Source of the DNA: Perna viridis
Lineage: Eukaryota
DNA: 64,000 nt
Direction: 5' to 3'
Assembly: GCA_037379345.1 (NCBI GenBank)
Contig: CM074517.1
Coordinates: 3,968,001 to 4,032,000 of the forward strand
The notes below the pieces were generated by a model. That model was given only the letters and a program-made list of their open reading frames with translations, ran no database searches and was not told the origin of the DNA. A program made the translations under genes and the position numbers. Shown one piece after another: positions 13,880 to 26,754 of this stretch (positions within the stretch are counted from its first letter, which is position 1; each line of letters starts with the position of its first letter).

Positions 13880-14495
13880 TTCAACAAAAGACTGGTTATC
13901 TAAAAAAAGAATTTGGAAAGAGATCTTTTGAAAGACATTTCCACTGATTCAGGAGTCAGATATATGGCGCGCAAAGAAATCAGAATAGTTAGTACTTCTC
14001 TAGCATAGCGAATTAATAGTGAAAATTGTGAAACACCGTATGCAGGAAATGGAGGTATATCGCTGCACAGGTAAGGAAAATTTATTCCTTTATAAAAAAG
14101 ACTCTCTAGATCTATTATCATAAATCTTAATATTGAGTAGTTGACCGCTGTTGTTGAATTTGAGAATTTTATGTCCAAAAAAGCGAACAAGCTGTTTCTG
14201 TAGTCTCCTTCTAGAGCTCTGGTGGATATTGTAGAGATAACCATTTACAAAGACAAAGTTGTTAATTGACAATACATCATCAATATATCTGTATGTAAAA
14301 ATCAACGGAGTAAGCATCTTTATATTTTTAGTCTTTACAAGATTCAGTAGAAATTCAGTCTCGTATGAATACAAAACAAGTCGGCTAATAGGGGAGCACA
14401 ATTAGTGCCCATTGGACTGCCAATTTGTTGCTGAAAAAAGCTTCTCCAAATATGACAAATATGTTAAAAATGAGGAAATCAAGCAGGCTACAAAC
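13880..14495 (-). mobile_element. Decayed Penelope-like reverse transcriptase fragment
   Basis: Minus-strand QQIGSPMGTNCAP, LYSYETEF, YRYIDDVLSINN, INFPYLCSDIP..PAYGV, LIRYAR; frameshifted. Confidence 0.8.
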
Positions 14496-15457
14496 TAGAA
14501 ATGATAAAAATACAAATAACTATAAAAATGGCATAGATTGAAATACATTTTTCGTGGAGATTGAAAAAATGCATATTTCTTAACATCATTTGATATTCGC
14601 TGCGAAAAATGAAGACTTCAGAGTATAGTCTTAACATAAACAATTTTAGGTTGTATTGATAATGTATTATGACATTATCTTCGGGTTCAAATATACTAGT
14701 TCCTCAGGAATTTATAACAAATGTCTGGTACCTCAAAGGAAATCCAACAAAATAATGCAATCATAAAATCTGGCGAGACTGAAATACTACTACTCAGCTG
14801 TATTCCCAAGTTCTAGTTCTCCTATATGATAGTGCTTATCTATTTAAAGTGCTGATTAATGTATCACCCAAAATAGATATAGTATTCATTCTAGTCGAAA
14901 ACATAATAACTTAAATACATTTTAGTTTTTGTTGCTGATATTTTTTCGATAACAATGTGTAAATGTTTAAATGTCATTTTGGAAATACATATTTCAGTAT
15001 TTATTTATTTGTCACAAAATTACAAATATTAAAGGAAAATGTTCGAATAAGGTTCTTATTGGCCTAAAATACAACTAAACATTAATCAAAAAGTGTTGAA
15101 AAAATTATTATGAATTTGGAGACTTCAATCCATCACAAAGGAGAAAACAAAAAAACTTGCATTTAAAGGACACAAAGATTGCAGTTGAAGTTGACCAAAA
15201 TTAAGATATTCTGTCAAATGTTTTACCTTTTGGTCACTTTCTGGTCATGCATATTTTGGCCTGAAAATGGTGTTCACACACAAGAAACAAATTCATATTT
15301 AATAAATACATTCATTATTATATGGTTTATTGTATGTAAGAATATAAAGTTGTTTCTTTACTCATTGCATCCAAAAATTTTCAATAATAAAAGGCTAGCA
15401 CAGGTCTATGGGATTGAGGATTTCTAGTTCTAGGCTAAATCACCCGATTGTACTTGT

Positions 15458-16640
15458 AAAGAGTAATCAAGGGAACCAAGGATATAGCGGTAATCAAAAG
15501 AATGTAATCCAGGGACACAGACCAGACATGGAAAACAGACATACACAACAAAGAACATAAAGTAACTAAAAATCATACATATGTTGTGAAATACGTTTTC
15601 ACATATATTAATTATCCTGAAGTATTTTTGGAATTATTACAGTTTTGGGAAGACAAAAATATACTTAGGGATAATGGTCTAGCATTGTCTTACCATTTAA
15701 GTTATTAATTATTATCATTTTAACAGTAAGTCTGTCGCTGTGTTGACGTCTACATTTTCCGCCAAAGTAGAGTTATCGTTCTTTTGGCGTACGTTAATTT
15801 TTATACCAAGACTAGTTAGATACGGGTTTGAGTTCCATGTTTTGAGTAAATTAGTCTTGTTATAACATATTGTTGTATATAGTTATGTTTTATTCGTTCT
15901 GCATATTTGTCAGTCGCGTCAGGGTTATGAACGTCTTTTATTCCGCGAAATTAGTGTATTGCGGGAAATTTCATGCGTTGTCATCAACAATCTGACGTTG
16001 GTGTTTCTACTGAAAACAAAGTTGGTAAGTTCTAAATTCGACTGTCCCAGGGATCGGCTATGTCGTTCCCTTGACCTGTTTATTTGCCACGTTTGGACTT
16101 GTGGATATTTATACAGTCAACGATAAGCTTTATAGCTCGTTCTATACACATCTTCCTGTATTTCAAGTGTTTTAGACGGTGAATTCCGTAACGCTTTTAC
16201 TTGAAGGTGCTGTTTTTGTTTAGCCCAACCCCGGCCTAGTTTTGATATTTTATTATTATCACTGATAATTATTTAGTGTTATATGGATACTCTTGGCTAA
16301 ATTACTGACATTATGCAGGTTTTTTGACTTGGGTAATGGAATTTGAATATTGTTTTTGGATTGTCAAAATTATATTCCTGCATAGTAAACTATTCATTTT
16401 CATACGTGTTACATGCAGCTTCTACGCCCATCAGTTTTTGATTATTTCGTAGATTTCCGCTCGGTTTCTTAGTTTTACAATACATACAAAGTAACAAAAG
16501 CAAATGAGTAACTCGGACTCCACTAAAAACTGGAAGCATGGACCAGGTGCACCGGTAGGGTAAGCGTCCTCTGCTTTTCTAGAAACACCCGCTCATAAAA
16601 AGTCAAGTCCGGGGTAGTCGAAAGAGGAAAGGAAAACTGC
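15458..16640 (-). repeat. Family A copy split by a solo-LTR-like insertion
   Basis: 15458-15581 and 16483-16640 rejoin to the intact family A sequence. Confidence 0.85.
15582..16482. mobile_element. Probable solo LTR (about 900 bp)
   Basis: Begins TGTTGTGAAA, ends TTTTACAATA (8/10 inverted match), CATA target duplication; right end ambiguous by about 3 nt; no ORF. Confidence 0.7.
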
Positions 16641-17931
16641 GAAAAGCATATCATAAAATGTATAAGAAAAACAAATTCTTCGTGCAAATGCCAAGTTAAA
16701 ATGTATTGACAGTAAGAAGCACGGAATGTAATAAAGTAAATTAAGACTTAATTTTTGAACAGGATAGTCAAAATCAATATTAGAACCAAGTTAATATCAA
16801 ACATCAAAGATTTAACAATGATACGGTGAAGATATTCCTTACAGATAAGTTTGTTCAAATATTTTCCAGGTGAGATGATTCTGTTGAAACTTTCGATCTT
16901 TATTTATTATATTACCATAAAAACTATGATGTGAAATCCTTTTTTGATAAAGTTATGACAAGTACAACCAAACTTCAGCATCAAATTATATATTTTTGAA
17001 AGAATTTAGTAAAAGTCAAACTACTTACCAATTACCGGAAATTCAGAGATTATGATCATTAAAGTGCAAAATACCGCTGGATACACAAGCAAATCGAACT
17101 ACTTGAGAAATATATGCACCGTATGACGAAGGAGCCAAAGGACCGTTTTAAGAAAACGTCAGGATTATTAAGCGCAAAAGTAACATCAAGGTGGCGATAA
17201 GTATTATGAATTTTTAGAACCTGCCGATAAATTAAGAATTAAGTATGTCCTTACAGGTTCAGTAAGTTAATTTTTATTTTTTTCTATTTCGTCTGAGACA
17301 AACTAAACATTTATTTATTACAGCAAAATTTTTTTTCGAAACACCATTTGATAAGATATTCAAAGCATGTAATTTTGGATTTTTCTATATATCTTAACGT
17401 CAACACTCATATGGGTCCGTATTGCTCGCCGAGTAATATTATATTGTTATTTTAAAGAAGCAAATAAACAGTATTCAATTTAATAATGATAGTTTTGATG
17501 ACTATCTGCTCAAATATCTCGATAGCATAGTATTGAGACGACTGTAACCATCCATTATTCAAAATTCATATTAACTTTTATTATATTAAGATATATTTTG
17601 ATATTTAAATTAAACAATATATCTTAAAATTATTGTGTATTATATATATCGACAAACTATCAAATGACATCATAAAGTTTTGAAATGTCTGTTACCATTA
17701 CACGTAAATAATATAGCGATCTTATATATCCAAAGTTCAAAGGAAAACTAAAACAAATTAGTGGTCACTATAAAAATTGTATTATTTGACATCTAACTAA
17801 TTGGAAGGGACAAAACACATGATATTTAAAGAGAGAAAATGATAAAAAAATATTTCAATTTATGAAATATTTTTCTAAAGGAGGTGTACACAGTAAATTC
17901 TTCAAGTGGCATACTCTTATAGTGCTCTACA

Positions 17932-18957
17932 ATGGAAAATAGTAAGAAGAAGAGATTAGCAACATTCTACACAGTGCTGCTTGTATTATCTTATATACAG
18001 AGATCAGAAATGTCTATAAAGGAGTTTTACACGACACATTTGCAGCAAAACTCAATGAATACATCAAACCATTATTTAACGGAAAATAATTCCTTTACTT
18101 TCACACAGTCGACAATTACATATAACAGAGCTGAAATGGACCAAACGGAGCAGGGGGTGAGGAATGAAGTATCAGATCAAACAATAACAAAATTTGATGA
18201 AGGACATTTCATGCCTGATACGTGTAATCGTTATGGCTCATGCTATTATCAATCAAAAGTAGAGAAAAGATTAAGATATTGTCAATGTGATGATGTATGC
18301 TTTAAATACAATGACTGCTGCTATGACGCAAATGTTACATACATTGATGTTAATGGACCTTATGAGTGCGCATCGCCAAAAACACATTCTAACCAGCTTT
18401 ATGGCTACTTCATTGTGCGTCAATGTCTATCACAATATAAATCGTCTAAAGCCTATTATTTGTGCAAATCAAAAAACATCACATCAACAGGTCCATGGGT
18501 AATAAGTAAGGAAAATGTCATTTATCAGAACAGGTTTTGTGCTGAATGTAATGGCGTAACTACGTTTACGCAATTTGCAATGAATATATCGAATGTAAGT
18601 CCAACAGCATTAACAACAATATCTGATGGTAAAATATCTTTTAATAATTTGATAAACAGCAGCACGAAAGTAAATACTGAAATGATTCCACCACCGGATG
18701 TATTTATAAGAAGTTGTTTGCTTTACCAGCTCCCGAACTCTGAATACGCGGACAAGTGCAATAGCTATTCAATTAGTGCAATAAAAATTTATCATTCTGA
18801 ACAAATACCTATGAGAAACAAATTTTGCGCCCATGTCACTCACGATAGTATGTGTTTTGACCCTTTGAGTGATGATACCACTGTTGCAAAAGATTTACAA
18901 TTATACCCACTGTCTATTGTCTTTTCCTTTGGCAATGAAAGAACATGTGGCGGGGAG
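17932..18957 (+). CDS. GPCR exon 1 (signal/SMB-like ectodomain, 342 codons)
   Basis: Long ORF; phase-0 donor; ORF read-through beyond 18957 is low-complexity intron. Confidence 0.88.
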
Positions 18958-21900
18958 GTAATTATAATTAAATTGTTATTCACTAACATCTCACAAAACA
19001 CTGTTTTATTCTACATTCTTTTTTTATTAAGTAGCAGTCTTCATAAAACTCAGACAGAAAGTGATTCGTGCATATCAAAAACCCACCGAATTCAATTTTA
19101 TTTCATATTCAGACAAAGTAACTGATCACATGACCAGTCTTATTTTTTATTTGGTTATTGTGATTTTAGAAAAAGAAAATATAGATTGTACATGACATTT
19201 GCGGCATTGCAAGAGTCATCATTCTTGATTTGGCTACATTTGGTTAATTTAAGTAGGAGGTGAATGTATGACTGCTCCCAGTTTTTAGTGGAGTCCGAGT
19301 TACTCATTTGCTGTTGTTACTTTGTATGTTTGATTTTAGTTACTTTATGTTCTTTGTTGTGTATGTCTGTTTTCCATGTCTGGTCTTTGTCCCTGGATTG
19401 CATTCTTTTGATTACCGCTATAACCTTGGTTCCCTTGATAACTCTTTCTAAAAAAATGCGGATCTGAATGCATATCTATATGTGAAAGTATCGTTTGTTT
19501 GGTGGATTTTTCTTCACATTGGATCACTTTACCATTGTCAGTGTCTGAATTTTATATAGACTGAAACTTAAAAAGTTGGCTATTTATTTCTACTTTGTGA
19601 CGAAGGATTTGACTGTAAACAAGATATATGTTCACTCTAGCAGTATTTTATCTTTACTCTTTAATGCTTTATCTTTAAAAATTGACTGTGAATGTTATTC
19701 GTTTTGTAATACAAGTTTTTGTTAGTTTTCTGACATTTTTACCATCATTGGTGATGCTGATCGTTCCCTCGGAGAGACTCGAACTTGTACCGCTGTGACT
19801 TCTATGGCAACATCGCCTTCACAAAGTCCAGCGCCCTAGACTACTCGGCCAGCTAGGCTATATAAGAATAGAGCTTTCGCTGGCCGGGTCATTCCTCCTC
19901 GTAGGATTACTCTAGTGCTGTAACATAGTATATGAAATGTGGTAGAACAGAACAGCTCATTCAGGTGTTGTTACATGACGATACATGTTATAACAAATCA
20001 ATATTATACAAACGTCTCACAATGTGACGACTCTATTCGATACAATGCTCCATCGGATCACATTGATACAGGGAAGACAATGTAAGCATAGAAGTGTCTG
20101 GAAAATACCCAATGATGTTATAAATTTTCCAAATTTGCAAAGCCAATCGTTTGGAATTTTCAGACCCTTCTATGCTTACATTATCTTCCTCGCATCAATG
20201 CTTTTTGCAAATTGGCTGAACCCGATTTAGAAAGATAAATCGTACGTCTGTATTTCATTTTCAACAGCTACAAATTGTGATTAAAGGCCAGTAACTATAA
20301 AAAAAACTTTAGTATAAACAAATGATAGTATTAAAAATATCACAATACTTCTTATGGTTTTAATAATCAACACTGATTGAATTTCTATTTATGACAACAA
20401 CTAGTTTTAATTAAGCCACCGACAAAGAAAACTGACTAGCTACCAGGCACATTTTGTATTCTAACTCGGGCTTTACCTTTAGATATAAAGCTTTTTATAT
20501 TATTAATTGAAAACCAAATGCCTCTACATAAATGTCAAACCCACTTATAATTGGAATAACATTTTTGTACAATTTAATTCAGTACAACTTGTACCTATAG
20601 CGAACACATAAAAGAAGTAGTGTTTATAGTGAAAACTTTTCGTCTTAAAGTTAACATTTAAAAAAGGTCATGATAACAGTAAAACCCTTTGTATTAAAGT
20701 GAAAATATTAAGGAGGTCACTTAGCAGGAAAACACTGTTCAAGATTCAAGGGCTAAATGTGACATGATGAAATCATTCTTTGTCAAGTGAGTATATCCTG
20801 GCAAAGTTTTGATCGAGCAATCATATTAGTTTCCCAGTTCTGAGTCTATGAAAAAGAGGATGAGAAACACCAGTGATCATGTCCCTTTTCGGCAACAGGA
20901 TAGACTAAGTTTTGATTTAATAATCAGTTAATTAAATGTGTTGAAAATCATAAACACTAATTTGTTACATTTGATTGAAATTGTAAAAGGACTTGCCATA
21001 TTCAAAATAAAGTAAAAAGGGCTTCGAATCAACTTTTAATGATACATAAATTCAAATTCACTCTTGGTAGACAAGACCGGGAAAAACTTTGTCTATATTG
21101 CACCATTGTTGAAATATTCTTGTGGACTTTCGCGTGGTTGTACAAAAGATGATACGAACAAAATTGAACGAGTGCAAAATGTGGCTGCAATTATTGTTAC
21201 TGGTCTTTAAAAATATGCAAATATTGACACCTTATATTTTGAAACTGGTTATGAAACCCTTCAATCTAGAAGAAACAAAAAGGAAACTTTGATATATGAA
21301 ATTCACCATCAAGACTATTGATCTTACCTAAATGACTGCTTATCAACGTATCAACGATGTGTAAGGCAAATAAACTTGCGAACTGACTATCGGTAACCTT
21401 ATATAAGATTATACTTATATACCAACTAGTCAGCAATTAGACTTAAGAACAATTTTGAATTAAATTTACCCAATCTTTCAACCATTTCTAAGTTAAAACA
21501 AATTAATCGATTTGAATTATAGCGAACTTCCTTCTTATTATTTCACAGGCTGTAGACTAAATAACATTCTAAAGACGAAACTTTGACATAAGTGTAGTGC
21601 TTTGATTTCAGATCTATTCCGTGTTAAATTTGTAAATGTTTAAGGTTGTGTTGAAGATTTCATATATTACTTATTGGAATGTCCATTATATTAAAAGGCA
21701 CGTCAAAATGATACTGCCTTTTTACTAGAAGGCAAAAAACAAATGAAACTTTGCTTTTTTTAATGACACTTTATCTAATGATTTAAACAAAGATATAATT
21801 AAATCAGGATAATTATTTATCAAACAATCAAAGCGTTTTGACAGGGGGTAATCATAGCAAGCAATTTTAACATTATTCTTCTTATATTTTCCTTGTTTTC

Positions 21901-22509
21901 TCTCTTTTATACTTTTTTTTAGCTCACTTGGCCATGTGAGATATTGCCATCACTTGGCATCCGTCATCGTCGTCACCGTCGTTAACAATTTCTTTATACA
22001 TCTTCTTCTCTGAAACTACTGAATGGATTTAAATTAAACTTAATATGATTGTTTCTTAGAGTATTCTGCACAAAATGACCGTTTGGAATTTTGATCTGTG
22101 AAAAACATGGCCGCCGTAACTAAAAATATAACAAAGGAAAACTATGACCCGTTGAATAAATCAGTTTTCATGGTGCAGATGGATACACCATAACGATCGA
22201 CGAGTTCATGATGACGACCATAAAACTTCTGTAGTGTAGAATTCAATCTTGTATTAACATAACCCTGTTCCAGAAGCCTATATATAACCTCAGGGCCTTT
22301 AACCACTCTGACAGAGAATCAATGTCTTCTTGTTCTCGTTATATATGGTTTTTAACAAAAACAAACAAACAAACAAACAAAATATTAATATATATATATA
22401 TATATACGTCTCAGAATGTGACCCACTCTATTCACTACACTGCTCCATCAGATCAAATTGATGCAGGGAAGATATGTGAACGTATAGAAAGGTCTGAAAA
22501 TTTCCCGTA

Positions 22510-22540
<31 letters not shown>

Positions 22541-24130
22541 CTTGATATTTTGTTTGTTTGTTTGTTTGTTTTTTGTTACAAACCCTATACTCGTTTTCTG
22601 TAGTGATACTTTGACAAGCTAATATTTCTGATACTTGATAGCTTAGTTTACATTGCAATGCCATATAAATATATTTTAAGATTTTTTATATAGAATTCCG
22701 GAGAATGTCAGAAGAACCCTCTATCAACTGGTTATCCATTAGAAGAAGACTATTATTTTTACCTCAAAGAACCGATTACCTCGGAATTATGTGACATTAT
22801 TGTAACTCTACTTGTATACTCTTTGTCAGACTTTGTACAAATTGCATTTGTATCTAAAATTCGTTTTTATGAGATCTGGATTGGCAACAACATACATTTC
22901 ATTCTTATGATTCGTATATATGGAAAAATAACATTGACATTAGAGATACCAGAAATGACATCATTGGTACAACGGATGTCGAATTTTAAATGGTTTTTTA
23001 GTATAAGAAGGTCCAACAAAATCATTCTTGAAATTAATAGCGTTGTAGATAATACCGATTTCAACGCTAAAGATCTAAAATGGGAGTATGCAATTGATCC
23101 ATTCTACTATCAAAAACAAATGAGCGATAAAGGAATTACAACAAAACAAGGATCAGCGACAGTACAGAACTTTAGATGTCAACAGCAACAAATAGAATGT
23201 TCTCTAAATGGTGAATCACGTGACACGTATCTAACAATAGATTCTATACAATGTTTAAAATTTGTAAGTTCTGAAAAATTCACGTCTGTTCTTGGTACAG
23301 TTAAGATTATTCTGACATACACGGGAATGTCAGTCTCTGTCGTAGCTCTAGGAGTTTCTATTGTAGTGTATAGAATCACCAATATGTACACATCCATTCC
23401 TGGTTCTATAGTTCAAAGCTTATTCATTTCTCTATTCGTATCAAATATTTTGTTTATGACTGGGATTGGTGCAACTGATAACCAAGTAGCGTGTTACTGT
23501 ATTGGTGTATGTCTTCACTATTTTTGGCTTTTGGTTTTTGCATTCAAGTCCGTGGCACTCGTACACATGACTCATACTATAAGAACAGTGATGAATAATA
23601 GCGCCCATACGACGAGCCGAAGATCACAAACAAAGTTAAAACTTAATATTCTTTGCTTAACTCTTCCACTTATATTTGTTGCACCAGGTATTGTATTCGA
23701 TAACTTAAATTTCTATAATATAAGAGTTGAATACAATAACAAAGTATGTTTTCCCACTGGTTTTCCAGGAAATATATTCTTTGTTTCAATACCTATAGGC
23801 TTGTCTGTTGTGACAAATATGTTTTGTCTCGGAATCGTCGCTGCCACCATTAAACAGCAGTCTCTTGGGACTCAATTCGTCCGGAAATCTAACTCTTTCC
23901 GGTTTATTTCGGTATATGTTCGCATTAGTGTTGTAACAGGTATGTTTTGGATTTCCGGGATTTTGGGAAGTTTTTTTAATGACGTTGTAACCGAGCTCAT
24001 TTTTATAATACTTTGCAGTTTTCAGGGTCTATTTGTATCCCTTTCGTATGTGTCTTCGCAAAAAGTTGTAAAACAAATCCGAGAAAAATCGTCCTCCAAA
24101 ACCGTTGTCACAGCAACTGAGAAATTTTGA
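17932..24130 (+). CDS. Family-B (adhesion/Methuselah-like) 7TM GPCR with N-terminal somatomedin-B-like Cys-rich ectodomain, 820 aa, 2 exons
   Basis: Join 17932-18957 (GAG|GTAATT) and 22694-24130 (ttttttatatag|AAT, in frame with ORF 22823-24130). Hydrophobic N-terminal segment, CQCDDVCFKYNDCCYD, YQNRFCAECNG, then seven hydrophobic helices with CYCIGVCLHYFWL and CSFQGLFV. Confidence 0.88.
19270..19448 (+). repeat. Family A copy in GPCR intron
   Basis: Direct similarity to 1992-2168. Confidence 0.85.
19763..19859 (-). mobile_element. tRNA-derived SINE head (pol III A and B boxes); not an intact tRNA
   Basis: Minus: GCCTAGCTGGCCGAGTAGTCTAGGGCGCTGG...GTTCGAGTC; no clean anticodon arm or acceptor stem. 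Confidence 0.7.
21000..21850 (+). mobile_element. Highly decayed CR1-like LINE 3' fragment in GPCR intron
   Basis: KIERVQNVAAIIVTG, LYFETGYETLQSRR, YYLLECPLY, KQSKRF; parallels the 9800-10540 region. Confidence 0.7.
21917..22140 (+). mobile_element. Non-autonomous Helentron/HINE-like fragment
   Basis: TTTTTAGCTCAC start, (CGT)n microsatellite, then atcttcttctctgaaactact core; architecture recalled from bivalve repeats. Confidence 0.55.
22694..24130 (+). CDS. GPCR exon 2 (stalk + 7TM + short C-tail)
   Basis: Open from acceptor to TGA; family-B 7TM motifs. Confidence 0.9.
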   Translation, partial: NSGECQKNPLSTGYPLEEDYYFYLKEPITSELCDIIVTLLVYSLSDFVQIAFVSKIRFYEIWIGNNIHFILMIRIYGKITLTLEIPEMTSLVQRMSNFKWFFSIRRSNKIILEINSVVDNTDFNAKDLKWEYAIDPFYYQKQMSDKGITTKQGSATVQNFRCQQQQIECSLNGESRDTYLTIDSIQCLKFVSSEKFTSVLGTVKIILTYTGMSVSVVALGVSIVVYRITNMYTSIPGSIVQSLFISLFVSNILFMTGIGATDNQVACYCIGVCLHYFWLLVFAFKSVALVHMTHTIRTVMNNSAHTTSRRSQTKLKLNILCLTLPLIFVAPGIVFDNLNFYNIRVEYNNKVCFPTGFPGNIFFVSIPIGLSVVTNMFCLGIVAATIKQQSLGTQFVRKSNSFRFISVYVRISVVTGMFWISGILGSFFNDVVTELIFIILCSFQGLFVSLSYVSSQKVVKQIREKSSSKTVVTATEKF

Positions 24131-24204
24131 AAACATATTTTATTTTAGACAGACATCAGGAAACCGCTCTTTAGCCGTTTTTTTACGCTATTTGATGATA
24201 ACTT

Positions 24205-24300
24205 AAAAAAACAAAACAAAACAAAAAACAAAAAAACAAAACAAAACAAAAAAAAATAATAAAAAATGAATAAATAAAACAAAACAAAACAGAAAAATAA
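24205..24300 (+). repeat. A-rich (CAAAA)n low-complexity tract in GPCR 3' region containing AATAAA hexamers
   Basis: Direct reading. Confidence 0.7.
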
Positions 24301-24616
24301 ATCTCTTTTATCCGCGTTTATCTTGTCGCTTCGTAGTTTTCATTTTCTATTAATATGTGATATGATGTAAAACAAGCAGTCATTTGTTACTTATTGTGTC
24401 TTTTTCATGAATCACCATTAAAGATTATTGGGTGTATGAGATGACAAAGTTTATTGCGAAAACAGATGTCATTATAATAATATTTTGGGAATCAATCACG
24501 GGTACAAATATTTTTGAAGTGATGACTAATATAAACTTAAAATTTGTCATTATGTGACTTGCATTATAGTATTAAAGTTTGTGAAAAGGAAGATTTTCAA
24601 AACTTACCAGTTACTT

Positions 24617-25172
24617 AAGAAATAATTCGTGGAGGGGGTAGATTTGTACTCATTTTAACATGGGTTTGGCATTTCTATTCTCATTTAAGTAGCACTCCAG
24701 CTAAGGATCGTGCAAAATGTAATTCATGGGTAAAAAGCCTACATATTTTTATTTTTTATATATTGTTTGAAATGTCATAGTAAACAGAAATAAACATGTG
24801 GTTTTTCATATAACCCGTGCTCTTAGGAGATAAAAAATAATATGGAATGCACTGTAGATTTCAAAATTAAGGGAGATAGCTGGCGCTCAAATACAATAGA
24901 ATCTACTGTATTTTCAATGCCGATTATCTCCTTAGAGCAGGCAGATTTGAATGAATAATTACACATTTCATAGTATAGACCCATGAAACAACTTAATTAC
25001 AAAAATAAAACTATGTAGCTTTTGGGTGTGTATCACATTTTTCAGATTTTGCATGATTCTTACAAAGACATCTACTTAACACCTCGCTGTCGCTTGGTGT
25101 TAAATAATTGAATATAAATGCCGTACCTATATTAGATGAGTACAAATCTACCCCCTCCACGAAATATTTCTT
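24617..25172. mobile_element. MITE with long terminal inverted repeats, containing a family B segment
   Basis: Perfect 28-bp inverted pair 24626-24653 / 25136-25163, extending imperfectly both ways. Confidence 0.8.
24688..24998 (+). repeat. Dispersed repeat family B (DNA-transposon end, Kolobok-like by terminus)
   Basis: AGTAGCACTCCAGCTAA start; core ttcaaaattaagggagata shared with 4170-4490 and 33228-33533. Confidence 0.7.
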
Positions 25173-25493
25173 TTCTAATATGACAAATACGGTAATTTGT
25201 GTGACAAAAATTTCTATAGGCGTAGCCAAAAGAACGACTGTATTGTTTAACCTCCCCTGTATGGAAGTTGGATTAATTAATTAAGATAAAACCCCATATC
25301 CATATCCAAGTAAACCATCTATTGAATAATTGTATAAATTCTCTAAGTTTGGAATTCAAAAAACAGTTTTTTTGCTATTTATTTACAGCCTTATTGGTCC
25401 CGTCACAATATATAATGTGTGTTTACGAGTATAACTTATGAATGGAAAGCTAACAAACAACAGATCAATGTCCAAGATTTCAGTTGAAAGTTA

Positions 25494-25617
25494 AAAACTT
25501 GGAGCGTAGACCAGTTGCTCTGGTAGAGTAAGCGTCCTCTGTTTTTTTTCTAGAAACACCTGCCAAGTTGCTAATAAAAAGTGCAGTACGGGGTAGACGA
25601 AGGAGGAAAGGGAAACT
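25494..25617 (-). repeat. Family A upstream-part fragment
   Basis: Similar to 16525-16638. Confidence 0.7.
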
Positions 25618-26754
25618 ATGACCAAACTAGATTTCGTGAAGATGGATACACCTAAATAAACAAACAGAAATACAACTAGAGTTTATCAATTTGGTAATTT
25701 TGCTTAAGCCTTCATAGACACAGTATTAGATATCATTGAATCTATCTTCCGAAGTTGTCAGCCAAGAATTTAGTACCATGGTTCCAGCAATATCATGTCT
25801 CGATTTGTTGATCTTTTCTCGCCTTTCCTAGTGAATAAAGGATAATGGACAAGTGTCATATTTTGGTTTATTTGTACACAATCGAACGAAGATTAATTTG
25901 GTATTTGTAGTTAAAGTCTGGTTTTTTTTTCGATTCTAGGCATAAAATCAAAACGTCTCAGTTTTTCATTTAAAGTGCGCGAAATCCTGGCAATTTCATA
26001 TTAGAAATTTAAAGATTCTATTAAAAACCTGGATTATATTCATATTTCTAATAGTTGAAGACGTCCGACAAAAAAAATCAAACTATTTTTTTTTACGAAG
26101 TCATATTTTATAGATTCTCAGAAGTTTCTTGACATGATTTTTGTCAATTATTTCGATTCGATTCATTGTTAGCGTTACCATATTTCTGCAATCTCGAATG
26201 TATTAAATTAAAGAGTTATTTATTCTGAGAAAATCTGTTTATAGTTTCTCCTAGTTGCAGTTGTTTCTTAAAACTTAACGGAGTTTTCCACCTTTATTAT
26301 TATATAGCATTTAACGTTAAATCATAATTATGACAAGAAAATAATACTTTTTGTATGTTGGACTCATAGACAATTCTGATATTTATTTATGTGAGAGGAG
26401 GGCCAAAATTAGGTCCTCGTGAACCTCCTGTAAAATTTAAAACATGAATGGTTTGTAAGAATGAGACAACCTGTTAATATTTTGTATGACCATTTTCCCG
26501 TTATAAGTATGAAATAACTTTGAAGAATCAATTATATAACTTTAATTATTCAAAATAAGCAAAATTGTAAATAAATTAACGATTTTACGGCCAATATCAG
26601 TACTTACTGTTCTCCCTGGCGCGCTTTGGGGAAAAGTAATTAGTATTCAAATATAATGTTGTTGAAGTTTGCGAAAGTGACTGAATATTTTGCGGGGTTC
26701 TTGATAGTCGTGACCGTTTATATGTTTCTCTGGGAATTGTCGTGGGTTTCCTGA

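Noticed and set aside
19763-19859. Possible tRNA-Leu/Ser gene
   Set aside because: A and B boxes only; cloverleaf cannot be completed
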